Shown piece after piece: positions 47,182 through 58,280 of a stretch of 64,000 nucleotides of DNA; within the stretch, counting starts at the first letter, position 1; each line of letters begins with the position of its first letter. The position numbers and the translations under genes are program-made. This DNA is from an uncultured Phycisphaerales bacterium (GTDB lineage: Bacteria; Planctomycetota; Phycisphaerae; Tepidisphaerales; Tepidisphaeraceae), in contig CAVWLP010000002.1 in NCBI GenBank assembly GCA_963755915.1, forward strand, positions 1,280,001 through 1,344,000, given 5' to 3'. A model generated the notes under the pieces. That model did not search any database. It saw only the letters and a list, made by a program, of their open reading frames with translations, and had not been told where the DNA came from.

Positions 47182-48382
47182 AACGGAGCGCCTCGATGGG
47201 GTCGAGCTTGGAAGCCCTGAAAGCGGGATAGGAGCCGAAGAAAACTCCGACGATGCCGGAGAAGACCAGCGCCAGGACAATGGAATAGATTCGCACCACG
47301 GTTGCGAAGGGGGTGTAGTCGCCGACGAGCTTGGCGACCCCCACGCCCAGGCCCATGCCGGTGATTCCACCGACGCCGCTCATCAGCATGGCTTCGATGA
47401 GGAACTGGCTGAGGATGTCGAACTCGCGGGCGCCCAGGGCTTTTCGGATGCCGATCTCGCGGGTGCGCTCGGTAACGGTGACCAGCATGATGTTCATGAT
47501 CCCGATTCCACCCACGAGCAGCGAGATTCCCCCCACGGTGCCGAGCAGGAAAGTGAACATGGTTGCCGTGTCGGTGAAGGCCTGGACGAACTCGGCCTGG
47601 TTCTGGATGAGCACATCATCGGGGGCGTGGGGCTGGATTTTGTGGCGCTGCCGCATGACGGAATAGATGTCACTCTGAACGGCGTCGAGATCGGAGTCGG
47701 GCTCAGCCTGGATATCGACTTCGCGGAGATAGTCGACGCCCATGAGGACGTGCATGGCGACGGTATAGGGGACGATAACCTGATCGTCGGGGTTGAACCA
47801 TCCCTGGTCGCCCTTGGCCTTGAGGACGCCGAGGACCGTGAAATTGATGCCGTTGATTTTGATGGTTTGGCCGATGGGGTCGGAGAAGCCGAAGAGGTTC
47901 GTCGCAGTGACGGGCCCCAGAACGGCCACGCGGTTCCAGTGCTCGACATCGAAATCGGTGAAGACTCTTCCCGAGTCGATCTCGAAATCGCGGATGGGCA
48001 GGTAGGTGGGCGAACAGCCAGTGATCTGCGTGAGGGTATTCTGGTTCAGATATTTCACCTGGAACTGCCGGCCGACGACGGGGGCGATGGCCTTGATGTT
48101 GTCGACTTTCTCAAGCACGGCGCGGGCGTCTTCATCGGTGAGATTGAGCTGGGTTCCGGAGATGACGCCGGCGCTGCCTTTGGGGGAAGGGCGGATGATG
48201 AGCAGGTTGGTGCCCATGGAGCTGATGCGATCCAGGACCTGCTGCTTGGCCCCGGTTCCAATGGCCAGCATGGCGATGACCGCGCCCACGCCGATGATGA
48301 TCCCCAGCATGGCCAGGACGGAGCGCAGTTTGTTCGCCATGAGGCTTTTGATGGCGACTTTGATGATCATCCAGAAGAGCAT
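47174..48382 (-). CDS. MacB-type ABC transporter permease
   Basis: 'ANKLRSVLAMLGIIIGV', 'GGIGIMNIMLVTVTERTREIGIRKALGA', 'LDPIEALRYE'. Confidence 0.95.
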   Translation of the reverse strand: MLFWMIIKVAIKSLMANKLRSVLAMLGIIIGVGAVIAMLAIGTGAKQQVLDRISSMGTNLLIIRPSPKGSAGVISGTQLNLTDEDARAVLEKVDNIKAIAPVVGRQFQVKYLNQNTLTQITGCSPTYLPIRDFEIDSGRVFTDFDVEHWNRVAVLGPVTATNLFGFSDPIGQTIKINGINFTVLGVLKAKGDQGWFNPDDQVIVPYTVAMHVLMGVDYLREVDIQAEPDSDLDAVQSDIYSVMRQRHKIQPHAPDDVLIQNQAEFVQAFTDTATMFTFLLGTVGGISLLVGGIGIMNIMLVTVTERTREIGIRKALGAREFDILSQFLIEAMLMSGVGGITGMGLGVGVAKLVGDYTPFATVVRIYSIVLALVFSGIVGVFFGSYPAFRASKLDPIEALRYE

Positions 48383-48389
48383 GGGAATT

Positions 48390-48470
48390 CAATGCCGAAT
48401 GCCGATTGCCAAATGCCGAATGGAAGAGTGCCTTTTCATTCGGCATTTGGCAATCGGCATTCGGCATTCG
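48390..48470. repeat. Family C inverted heptamer array inside the exporter operon
   Basis: AATGCCG-AATGCCG-ATTGCCA-AATGCCG...CGGCATT-TGGCAAT-CGGCATT-CGGCATT. Confidence 0.88.
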
Positions 48471-48491
48471 ATGATTTCCATGGGGGGTTCC

Positions 48492-49211
48492 TCACACCGG
48501 CTCCGTTGTGGCTTCCGCCATATCGTTGTGTTGTTCCGCCGGGTCTTCGCGCGGCGGCTGGGCGATTTTGCCGTCGTGCAGATAGATTTCGCGCTGGCAG
48601 TAGCCCGCGACGTGGGCGTCGTGGGTGACGACCAATATCGTGCGGCCCTGGGTGTTCAGCTCTTTGAAGAGCCCGAGGATTTCTTCACCGGTCCGGCTGT
48701 CGAGGGCGCCGGTCGGTTCGTCCGCGAGGAGGATGGCGGGGTTGGTCACCAGCGCGCGGGCGATGGCGACGCGCTGGCGCTGCCCGCCGGAAAGCTGGTT
48801 CGGCTCGTGATGGGATCGGTCGGATAGGCCGACGATGGCCAGGGCTTCTTTCGCCTTGTGGGCGGCGTCGCGCCGGCCGGCGTAGTGCAGCGGCAGCTCC
48901 ACGTTTTCCAACGCCGACATGCGCGGCAAAAGATTGAAGTTCTGAAAGATGAAACCGATCCGCCGGTTGCGGATTTCCGCCAGGGCATTCTTCCCCAGGC
49001 CCGATACGTCTTCCCCGGCCAGAAAATAGCGGCCGGAGTCGGGCCGGTCGAGGCACCCCATGATGTTCATCAGCGTCGATTTCCCGCTGCCGGAGGGGCC
49101 GCGGATGGCCACCATTTCCCCTTCAACAATGGTCAGGCTCACGTCGTCCAGGGCGTGCACTTCCTGCCCGCCGAGCACGTAGGTTTTAAACAGTCGCTCG
49201 GCGCGGATCAT
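48492..49211 (-). CDS. ABC transporter ATP-binding protein (MacB/LolD-like)
   Basis: 'GPSGSGKST', 'LSGGQRQR', 'LLADEPTGALD', 'VTHD'. Confidence 0.96.
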   Translation of the reverse strand: MIRAERLFKTYVLGGQEVHALDDVSLTIVEGEMVAIRGPSGSGKSTLMNIMGCLDRPDSGRYFLAGEDVSGLGKNALAEIRNRRIGFIFQNFNLLPRMSALENVELPLHYAGRRDAAHKAKEALAIVGLSDRSHHEPNQLSGGQRQRVAIARALVTNPAILLADEPTGALDSRTGEEILGLFKELNTQGRTILVVTHDAHVAGYCQREIYLHDGKIAQPPREDPAEQHNDMAEATTEPV

Positions 49212-50550
49212 CAGCGCCTCCCCGGCATTCCTGCGGCGGGGATTCGCCTGACGATCGCCGCCGCGGACCAGACGCTGGTGGAATCGTTCTTGTGCACCAG
49301 GACCTGCTCCCCCTCGGAAAGTCCCGAGAGAATTTCCTCGTCGTTGCCGTCGTTGATGCCCACGCGCACCTGCCGCTGCTCGGTCGAGCCGTCCGGCTTG
49401 ACGACCGTCACATAAAACCCCCCCAGCTTGCGCCGATGGCCAGCACGGGAACCGTGAGAACGTCTTTGCGGCTCGCTTCGATGATATCGACGTTGGCGGT
49501 CATCTCCGGCTTGAGAAGCTGCTTGTTGGGGCTGGTGACTTCGATTTTCACTTCGAAGGTGACCACGTTGCTGGTGTTCACGCCCGTCGTTGCGATGCGG
49601 ACGACCTTGCCGGCGAAATGTTTGCCCGGATAAGCATCGGCGGTGATGTCGACGTCCTGATCCTTCGTGACGCCGCCGATGTCGCTTTCATCCACGCTGG
49701 CCATGACGAAAATGTGGGAGAGGTCGGAGACGGTTAAGACGCTGGTTCCTCCGCCCACATTGCTGATCGCGGATGAGATGATGGTTCCCATCTGGATTTC
49801 CAGGTCGGAGACGACGCCGTCGAGGGGCGAGGTGACGGTGCAGTATTCAAGTTGCTGCTGAGAGTTTTCGAGGGCGATGGTATCGAGCTGCACCTGCTCC
49901 TTTGCCAGCTCCACGTCCTCTTTTTTCGTCTCCAGGGCAACCTCCTGGCTCTTGAGCTCTTCCTTGGCGATCTTGGCGTTCTGGAGATCGTCCTCCGCCT
50001 GGGCGGCGTCGGTTTCGTCCGATTCGAATTCTTCCTCGGACGCCAGGTTCTGGGCCAGGAGCTGCTTCTGCCGGTCGGCTTTTTTCTCCAGGTTCTGGGC
50101 CTTGGTGATGGCGGAGACGATATTGGCATCCGCCTGCTCGGTCGCGGTCCGGAGGTCCTGCTCGGCAATCCGCTCGTTTTCAACCGCTTCCTTCAGCTTC
50201 GAGTTGGATTGCTGGAGAGTCACCTTGGCCTGGTCGAGGACGACCTCTTCGTCCTTGGTGTCAAGCTGCACCAGCAGATCCCCCTTTTTGACGTTGTCGC
50301 TGATGTCGTAGGGGAGCTGGATGACTTCACCGTAGGCGCGGCACTTGATGGCGACGTCGAGGTTGGAAGCGACCGGGCCAGTCGCGGAGACGATCTGGGA
50401 AAGGTCTTTGCGGATCGAAGGGGTGACGAAGGCGTCGTCGGGGAGGGTGGTGGCGGCCGCCCTGGCGGCGCGGCTATGGACAAAGAGCCCAACCCCCGCC
50501 GCGGAGGCGACGACCGCAACGCATAGGACTAAAACGACAGCCCGTTTCAT
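49211..50550 (-). CDS. MacA-type periplasmic adaptor; frameshift near 49420 (probable sequencing error)
   Basis: 'VKKGDLL', long coiled coil, 'SPLDGVV', 'VDESDIG', 'LKPEMTANV'; tail 'VRVGIND...EILSGLSEGEQV' in ORF 49211-49411. Confidence 0.9.
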
Positions 50551-50598
50551 ATTGGGAGGCTCGTGCTTACCTGCCTATTGAATCACTACTCTACTGAC

Positions 50599-51168
50599 TT
50601 AGCGGGCGGTCACACCGTGCAGCAGAAAATTTGCCATGTGGTCGATCAATTCACCGCGGTCTTCGACCTTGGGCCCGTAGAGCATAATCGCTCGCATCAT
50701 GGCCATCAGATAAATTCCCACGCGCTCCGGACGGGCGTCGCGGAATTCACCGGCGGCGATTCCATCGCGAATCACCTGCTCGATCAGGGCGGCACACTCG
50801 CGCCGCTTGGCGTCCCAGTTTGTGTCCGGGTCGGGAATGGCGACCGTCCGGAGCACCTCAAAAAACTGCGGATGCTCCACGGCATGGTCGACCATGCGGG
50901 TCACCACCAATCGCAGTTTAGTCGCATGGTTCGGCGCCGGGGTGTTCACCTGGGCCTGAACTTTCTCGACCAGCTCGATGAACCCGTCGAAGACCAGGCT
51001 GTAGTACAGCTCTTCCTTATTTTTGAAATAGATGTATACGGTTCCTTTCCCGACTCCAGCCGCGTCTGCAACATCATCCAGCCGCACTTTGTGAAAAGGT
51101 TGCTCGGAGAAGAGCCGTGTGGCTGTCTGAACGATCAGCCTTCGCTTGTTTTCGTCTCGTAGTCTCAT
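50599..51168 (-). CDS. TetR/AcrR family transcriptional regulator
   Basis: 'DVADAAGVGKGTVYIYFKNKEEL'. Confidence 0.95.
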   Translation of the reverse strand: MRLRDENKRRLIVQTATRLFSEQPFHKVRLDDVADAAGVGKGTVYIYFKNKEELYYSLVFDGFIELVEKVQAQVNTPAPNHATKLRLVVTRMVDHAVEHPQFFEVLRTVAIPDPDTNWDAKRRECAALIEQVIRDGIAAGEFRDARPERVGIYLMAMMRAIMLYGPKVEDRGELIDHMANFLLHGVTAR

Positions 51169-51289
51169 AGATTCCCGGATAGAAAGTTGCGAGGGTCAGC
51201 CAAATTGACCCGTAGTCGCTTAATATTAGAGAATTCTTAGGGGAGTGCAAACACAATCAAAACGGTGCGGCTCAGATTCTTCTAGCAAA

Positions 51290-52356
51290 TCAGGGAGCAT
51301 TAAAATTAAAAAGATTGCCGCTTTGAAGGAATGTTGCTTGTAAATTATTGTTGGCAATAGATTTGCCGCTGGCATCGGCGAAGTTGCAAAAGCCCCCATT
51401 CGGCCGGTCGGGACCGTCAGGGCCGGCAGACACAAGAATGTAAGGACCGGCATATTTGATCGTTTGTCCGGCTGGGATTGCGTCTTGAAATTGTCCACCA
51501 GACTCGGCATCGCCAAGCATCCACTGGATTGCAAGCTCGGGGTGAAACGCAGTCGCGGCGGCGGTTGGGTCGGGCCAGGGCTGCGCGTAATCGGTTGCTT
51601 TGGTGACTGGATTCGGATCATTCCATCCGGCATCGGATGCGCTGGTGCTGAAGAAGACCGTGCCGTCGCGCCAATCGTAAAAACAATTCTGACCAGATTC
51701 ACTATCGACGGATTTAGGTTGGCAATATCCGAACAAAGGACCGGTTGCGATTGGTTGGGACTTCGAGAATTGCCCGGCAAGGGTGGAGTCTGGCAAGCGG
51801 TTGCTGACCGGCCCATAGCGCGGGAAATATTGAATCACCTGCCCCCAGCGATCGAGGATCACCGGCCGGCCAGCCGCGGGGAGCTGCGCGCCTCCGCCCC
51901 CCGCGGGGATCGCCGAGGAGATGAAGACGCATTTGAAATTTACAGGCGAAACGTACGGCCCCCACACTTTTCCGCCCGGCGTCGTGCAGAACCCCGGGCC
52001 GTCGTGCCCGTCCCCAAACTCCTGAAAGTCGGCGTCGCCGCCGCGGGCATTGGTTGTCGTCGCCGGGCCGGGGCCGATGAGTGCGGTGGCAAGTGATGGA
52101 TAGAACGGCGCAGGCTGGACGCCGCCGTGGGTATTCCAGGTGGTTAGCGCGGGGTTTCGCGGGTAGTCGCCAAAATCGGCTTTATAGGCCTCCAGCCCCG
52201 CCGCGATGGATTGAAAATCGGCGCGCTGCTCGTCAATCTGCGAGGTGCGGTGGCGCAGCCGGTAAATACGATCGTGAGGAACAGGCTGAGGAAGAGGATA
52301 GGCAGGGCGATGAGAAGGTCGGTGCGGGTGAAGGCGCGGCGAAGGGGTAAGGGCAT
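51290..52356 (-). CDS. Prepilin/pseudopilin-like protein with degenerate N-methylation motif; frameshift near 52260
   Basis: 'RRAFTRTDLLIAL' then, frame-shifted, 'QRADFQSIAAGLEAYKADFGDYPRN', 'ILDRWGQVIQYFPRYG', 'YILVSAGPDG'. Confidence 0.75.
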
Positions 52357-52381
52357 TGCGCGGTCGGGATGGGAAGATCGT

Positions 52382-53883
52382 TTATGGGTGATCGAAGTTG
52401 TAGACGTTTTCGCTGTTGGTGAAAATCTTCAGCACCTGCGCGGCCTGAACAGGATTCCCGCTCCCGTCCACAAGATTGCAGAAACCGCCCAGGTTGTTGT
52501 TCCCGAATCCATTTGTGGTTCCATCGGGCCCATTGGGGCCGGCGGAAACCAAAATGTAGGGGCCGTCATAGTTGAGTTTGGCGCCTCCCGTAATCGCGTT
52601 TTGGAACGAGCCTGAGGCATCAGTGTCGCCAAGCATCCATTGGAGGGCGTACTGGGGGCAAAAGGTATTGCCCGTGGTTGTTGGATCCGGCCACGTTTGT
52701 TCGTAGAGCGTGGGGCTGTTCGCGGCGATGGGATTAGACCAGGCAATAGATGTGTTGGCAGATGGAGAGAAACACGGCGCAGCGTCGCGGAAGTCGTAAA
52801 TGGCGTATTGGCCTTTGCTGTTTGCATCCACGGATTTTGGCTCGGTGTAGCCATAGAGCGGGCCGGCGGCTACCGAAGTGTTGGGGCTGGCGTAGGCGGA
52901 GGAGTCGGCGGTGCGATTACTCACGGGGCCATAGCGTGGGAAGTACTGGATGACCTGGCCCCAGCGGTCAAGGATGACGGGTTCGCCAGCGGGGCCGAGG
53001 ACACTACTGATAGGCCCTCCGGTAGAACTCCCTGGAATAAAGGCGACTTTAAAGTTGTCAGAGGACAGATAATTCGGAGTGACCTTACCGGTCGGGAGCT
53101 TAACCAGATATTTGTCGGTTGCGAAATGAAGTGTTGGGCCGAAGACGGGCTGGGCCTTAAGGACCAATTGATCGGGATAAAGGGTTTGGTTCACATAGAA
53201 TCCAACGGTCTCTTCATATGGGGTTCCCACGGAAAGCGTGACCGAGCCGGTTTGGTTTAAGGTCATATTTGCGACCTGCGGTGGGAATCCAGACACCGTT
53301 ATTGTGTACGGGGCGTCGTGAAGTTCACACTGCTCACGGCATATGCAGGGTTGCCGGTGTTGAAGCCAATATTCACGGATTGAGCGGCGAAGCCGAGGCC
53401 GTCGGCACCGTCACCGAGTTCATAGACTTCAACGTTTGGGGAGATCTGGATGGTCTGCGTTGACAGGGGGCCAGGCCCGATGAGGGCGGACGCAAGGGTG
53501 AGGTAGATTGGAGCGGGCGTATTCGTGGGACCATTTGGCCCGGTTTGATAAACATTCCAAGTGGGCAGGACCGTATTGCGCGGATAGTCCCCAAAATCCG
53601 CTTTGTATTGCTCCAGCGCGGCCGAAATGGTCTGGAAATCAGCCTTCTGCCCAGTGATCTGGGCGGCGACGCGCATATGGTTGACGGCCGGAAGAAGAAG
53701 CCCCGCAAGGATCGCGATAATGCCGACGACCACGATCAGCTCGATCATGGTGAAGGCGGTGATTCGCGCAGTCGTGGTCCCATCGGAAACCGGCCCCCTC
53801 CCCAACCCTCCCCCGGAGTACCAGGGGCGGGGGAATTTAATGAAGGCGTAGGATCTAACTTTTACGCGCGTGTTATTCGGCAT
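52382..53883 (-). CDS. Prepilin-type N-terminal cleavage/methylation (GspG-like) protein; frameshift near 53300; exact start uncertain
   Basis: 'AFTMIELIVVVGIIAILAGLLLPAV', 'ALEQYKADFGDYP', 'ILDRWGQVIQYFPRYG', 'YILVSAGPNG'. Confidence 0.85.
53793..53835. repeat. Family A element overlapping the putative prepilin leader; another variant at about 53899-53941
   Basis: CCCCCTCCCCAACCCTCCCCCGGAGTACCAGGGGCGGGGG; CCCTCACCCCTGCCCTCTCC...GGGAGAGGG. Confidence 0.8.
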
Positions 53884-53990
53884 TCAGAAATTCCGGTAGG
53901 CCCTCACCCCTGCCCTCTCCATGGGGACAGGGAGAGGGGGGAAAACGAGGGAACTCACACTATAAAGATTCGCCTTGTCCGGGGGTTTCG

Positions 53991-54929
53991 TCAATGGATC
54001 ATTCGATATTGCTCGACTGTCAGGTTTGCCGCCGCCGTGGCGGCGGTTTTGAACGGCTCCGGCTCATTCTCCAGGTTTTGCAGAAATCGGGGGGCGGCAA
54101 GCTGGTCGGCCCGGCGGGCCGCATTGAAACGATATCTCCCCAGCTTCAGAATCGCCTCCACCCGCAACATCCGCTCCTGCGATTTGAGGGCAAACCGAAA
54201 AACGTCCCCCGCGTTGGTCGCGATCTTTTGCAGGTCCACGCTGGCCAGAACGTCGTAGATCGGCCGAACCGTGTTCTGATCGAAATTCGCCAGCGCCGTT
54301 TCCTGGTCCTGAAGCGTTTGCGACGCGGCCGCGTCTTTCGACTCTAGCTCAGCCAGCCCCGCCAGCGACCCGTCCATCAGCTTCAGCCCGGCGGAATATT
54401 CGTCATAGTCCACCCGCTCGCCAAGTAGATTCAGCCCCATTGCGTAAGCGGCCAGGAGAAACTGCTTGGCGTCGTCCGGTTTGCCGGCCCGGGCCAGGAG
54501 AATCGCGGCGCCTTGCATCTGCTGCCCGATGAGCACGAGGTTGTCGAGGTCGGGATGATCGGACTGGTAGTCGATGATCTTGCCCGGATCCCTGGCAAAC
54601 AGATTCATCTGCGAAAGATGGGCGGCGTCGAGAATATCCTGGATGGGAGCCGGCGGCGGTCCCACCGGGTTGCGCGCGTAGTCGTCGCAGGCGTCGGAGT
54701 TGTCCTCGTACCCGGCCAAGGCCGCGGCATATTTATCCCCCGCGTTGCCCGGCTGATCTTGCGCGACGATCGCCGGCGCGGGCGGAGAGAGTGGCGCGAG
54801 ATTTTTTTCCTCCAGCGACAGCGCCGTCGGGTCGGTGATCTGCATCTCGTTGTGCAGCCCCACCGCAACCAGAACCGCGACGAGAAGCATCGCAACGGAG
54901 ATTCGCAGGCCCAGGGCGTTGCCGAACAT
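53991..54929 (-). CDS. Hypothetical exported or membrane-anchored helical protein
   Basis: 312-aa ORF with N-terminal hydrophobic segment; codon style like the backbone genes. Confidence 0.7.
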   Translation of the reverse strand: MFGNALGLRISVAMLLVAVLVAVGLHNEMQITDPTALSLEEKNLAPLSPPAPAIVAQDQPGNAGDKYAAALAGYEDNSDACDDYARNPVGPPPAPIQDILDAAHLSQMNLFARDPGKIIDYQSDHPDLDNLVLIGQQMQGAAILLARAGKPDDAKQFLLAAYAMGLNLLGERVDYDEYSAGLKLMDGSLAGLAELESKDAAASQTLQDQETALANFDQNTVRPIYDVLASVDLQKIATNAGDVFRFALKSQERMLRVEAILKLGRYRFNAARRADQLAAPRFLQNLENEPEPFKTAATAAANLTVEQYRMIH

Positions 54930-54985
54930 GATGATTAGTGTAGCAAATAAACAGGCGCGAGCCGCCAGCTAAATGCTGCCCTGCT

Positions 54986-55059
54986 TTTTCCCCCGCCCCC
55001 GGTATTCCGGCCTTCGGCTCTGAGGCTTGCTCGAAGAGGGGAGGGAAGGGGAGGGGGGG
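54986..55059. repeat. Family A element with nested 30-nt module, intergenic
   Basis: CCCCCGCCCCCGGTATTCCG-GCCTTCGGCTCTGAGGCTTGCTCGAAGA-GGGGAGGGAAGGGGAGGGG. Confidence 0.85.
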
Positions 55060-55086
55060 CTTTCCAACTGGCGACTTGCAACTCAT

Positions 55087-56550
55087 TCACTTCGTCAATA
55101 CCACGATACGGGTGTCGCCGGGCCAGGAGGATTGCGGTTGGACAATGAGGGATTTCGCGGCCGCGGGATTTGGGGACGAAGACGTGAGCTCCTGAAGAAC
55201 TTGCAGGGCGAGGGGATGACGCTGCCATTGCGGGACTGTGACCTTAAGCGGCGTGTTTGGCCCATACTGGGCGATCTGCCGGACCGCGGCGAGCTGGTTA
55301 GAGAGCGTGAGGCCGTATTCGTCGGATGGCGTTCCGCCATTTTTGGCGATTGTGGCGGCGACAATGAACGTACAGATCACCAGGAGTGACGCCTGGAAGC
55401 CGAATAAGGCGGTCGCGAAACTTCGCGTGAGAACCTGAAGGCGTTGAATTGCGATCCACGCAAAGAAAATGTAGACGACCCAGGTGGGGTTGAAATAGTC
55501 CGGAGCGAAGGAGATGCGTGAAAGGCCGTCCAGAAAAACCTGCGCGACAAAGACACCCCACCCGATGAGACAGACATGGTCCACTGGCTGGGCAAGATTG
55601 GAAGCAAGTGCCCGACGCGCGTGCGGCAGGCCCAAAATCATGCCGATCCACACGGCCGGAAGCGCGATGAAGAGCGTGATAAACCGGGCGATGGTTATGA
55701 AACCAATGAACAGGCTGGGGGCAGCCTCCTGCCACCCGTCCCCCGGCATGATCCTTCCCAGGCCCAGGGTGAGTTCCTGACCCCCGTAAAGCGGATAGAC
55801 CCAGCCGATCCACGCGGGGTTGGGCGAGACGTGCCCCAGGTGCGTGTAATTCCATAGATAATACCAGTACGGCCAGGAGATGATCGCAAGGAGGAGCGTG
55901 AGGAGGATGATCGCGATCGCGGCAGCGTCTAGTTTCTTGATGTACCGTCGCCCGAAAATCAGCAGGTGTACAGCAAGAGGGACAATCAGCGCCAGGCTCA
56001 TGAAATGGATCAGCAGCATCATGAACCCGCAGAGAATCGACAGCGCCGCCGGCCACGCCCGGCGCGTCAGGAGAAAATCAGCGTAAGCGGCCAGCGTCAT
56101 CGCGCACAGCGGGACGCACAGATCGTTGTCCCACAGTTGTCGCGCATAGATCCAGAGCCAGGGCGAAGTCATGGTGAGAACGGCCAGCCACGGCGTGCAG
56201 CCAAGGGTCCGGCAGAGCCACAGCAGCGCGACGGCGCTCACCGCAGCGCACAGAAATGCCCGGATCGCCAGCATGGTGATCGGATCGCGCGTGAAGCGGA
56301 GGAAGATCTGGTCCGTCCACGCCGGCAGGGGCCCGTAGCGAGCGCCCACCGTGCCCACCAGCCCATAAGGGCAGGGCGTAAACGGGAGATGCAAGCCGTA
56401 GAGGTTGCCGGCCGCATGGTTGTATCGGAGGGCATATTCCATCAGGATGGCTTCGTCATTGACGAACGGCCCATCGCCCGGACGAATGACCGTGAGGATT
56501 ACCAGGACCGCGATCGCGGCAATGGGCCAGGGGCGAAGAGACGAGTTCAT
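55087..56550 (-). CDS. Polytopic membrane protein, probable GT-C glycosyltransferase
   Basis: 'FVNDE' acidic loop after first helix, 'YGPLP', 'SPWLWIYARQLWDN'; many transmembrane segments. Confidence 0.7.
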   Translation of the reverse strand: MNSSLRPWPIAAIAVLVILTVIRPGDGPFVNDEAILMEYALRYNHAAGNLYGLHLPFTPCPYGLVGTVGARYGPLPAWTDQIFLRFTRDPITMLAIRAFLCAAVSAVALLWLCRTLGCTPWLAVLTMTSPWLWIYARQLWDNDLCVPLCAMTLAAYADFLLTRRAWPAALSILCGFMMLLIHFMSLALIVPLAVHLLIFGRRYIKKLDAAAIAIILLTLLLAIISWPYWYYLWNYTHLGHVSPNPAWIGWVYPLYGGQELTLGLGRIMPGDGWQEAAPSLFIGFITIARFITLFIALPAVWIGMILGLPHARRALASNLAQPVDHVCLIGWGVFVAQVFLDGLSRISFAPDYFNPTWVVYIFFAWIAIQRLQVLTRSFATALFGFQASLLVICTFIVAATIAKNGGTPSDEYGLTLSNQLAAVRQIAQYGPNTPLKVTVPQWQRHPLALQVLQELTSSSPNPAAAKSLIVQPQSSWPGDTRIVVLTK

Positions 56551-56661
56551 CCGGCCATAGATGATACCGGCACGCCTAATGAATTCGCCTCCCGCAGATT
56601 TTCCCCATTCGCGTCCGAAAACCGCCAGACATTCGCGATCTTTGGCAATATGGTTATCGAT

Positions 56662-58280
56662 ATGGAACTCGACCCCATGGAACTCGATCCCGCCATTTGC
56701 TATCGCGCCGTCCTCGCCCGCGATGCCCGCTACGACGGCCGGTTCTTCACCTGCGTGAAGACCACCGGCATCTATTGCCGGCCCATCTGCCCCGCCCGCC
56801 CGCCGAAGCTTTCCAACTGCATCTTCGTCCCCACCGCCGCCGCCGCTCAGGCCGCCGGCTTCAGGCCCTGTCTCCGCTGCCGGCCGGAAAGTTCCCCAAC
56901 CCTCGACGCCTGGCGGGGCACGGAGGCCACCGTCTCCCGGGCCCTGCGAATGATCGAAACCGGCGCCATGGACGATGCCGATGTCGAGGCCCTCGCTGAG
57001 CGCCTCGAGATCGGCCCGCGCCAGCTTCGGCGGCTTTTCCAAAAACACATCGGCGCCGCGCCCGTCACCGTCGCACAAACCCGCCGAGTCCTCCTCGCCA
57101 AGCAGCTCATTCACCAGACCAGGCTCTCCATGATCGAAATCGCCATGGCCAGCGGCTTCGGCAGCGTGCGACGATTCAACGAAACCTTTCAGCAAATGTA
57201 CGGCCGCCCCCCGCGCGACCTCCGCCGCGGCGCCGGCGCTTCCCCCGCGCCCGAGATTTCCCTCCTCCTGCCCTATCGAGCCCCCTACGACTGGGACGCC
57301 ATGATCCGCTTCCTTTCCGCCCGAGCGATCGAAGGCCTGGAACTGGTAAAAGATGACGCCTATAGCCGCGTCGTGGAAACCGCTTCATCCGCCGGCTCCC
57401 TCACCGTCACTCATGAGCCCCGCGCGTTTGCCTTGCGTGTCGTCGTCCGCCTCGCCGACCTTCGCGCCCTGCGGACGATCATCGCCCGGGTCAGGCGTCT
57501 GTTTGACCTCGGTGCCGATCCAGGCGCGATCGCCGCCGTCTTATCGCGCGACCCAATGCTCCAGCCGCTGGTCGCCGCCAGGCCCGGCCTGCGCGTGCCG
57601 GGCGGCTGGGACGGATTCGAAACCGCCGTTCGCGCCGTGCTGGGCCAGCAGATCACCGTGAAAGCCGCCACCCAACTCGCCGGAAAACTCGTCGCTTCCC
57701 TCGGTCCCCAGATCAGCGATCGCGCTGGACTGCCCGGATTGACTCATGGTTTCCCGCCCCCGGAGAAATTTGATGCGACCAGCCTCGCATCGCTGGGTAT
57801 TCCTCGCGCCCGGGCCGCCGCCCTCGCCGGATTGGCCCAGGCCGTCAGGCGTGATCCCAACCTCTTTGAGCCGCGGCGCGATCTCGCCGACGCCGTCTCG
57901 CGCCTGACCGAGCTCCCCGGCATCGGCCCCTGGAGCGCACAGTACATTGCCATGCGCGTGCTCGGCGAATGCGACGCCTTCCCAGCCGCGGACATCGGAT
58001 TACGACGGCACTTTGAAGCCTGCGGCTTGCCCTCCTCGGATACAGACCTCATCCGCCGCGCCCAGCGCCGGCGCCCTGGCGCGCCTACGCCACCCTGCAT
58101 CTTTGGATGGCCGATCACCAGCCCCAGCGAATTGCCAAACAGCTTCCAAATAGACGACCACCATTCTCGAATTCCCCCCGCCCCCGGTACTCCGGGGGAG
58201 GGCAGGGGAGGGGGTCCGAAGGTTCGAGAATCGCGCCCGCCAATTCAGCAAAGGAGACCCATCATGCAATTTCGGCTTGA
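56662..58280 (+). CDS. alkA: Ada/AlkA fusion (Ada Zn domain, AraC HTH, 3-methyladenine glycosylase); frameshift near 58075; C-terminal tail includes a family A element
   Basis: 'TTGIYCRPICP', 'FRPCLRCRPE', 'FETAVRAVLGQQIT', 'LPGIGPWSA', 'DAFPAAD'; shifted frame gives 'PWRAYATLHLW...KETHHAISA*'. Confidence 0.9.
58172..58215 (+). repeat. Family A element in the alkA 3' end
   Basis: CCCCCCGCCCCCGGTACTCCGGGGGAGGGCAGGGGAGGGG. Confidence 0.88.

Noticed and set aside
56662-56691. 15-nt direct repeat ATGGAACTCGAYCCC at the alkA start
   Set aside because: Single local duplication giving two possible start codons; no sign of a wider element.
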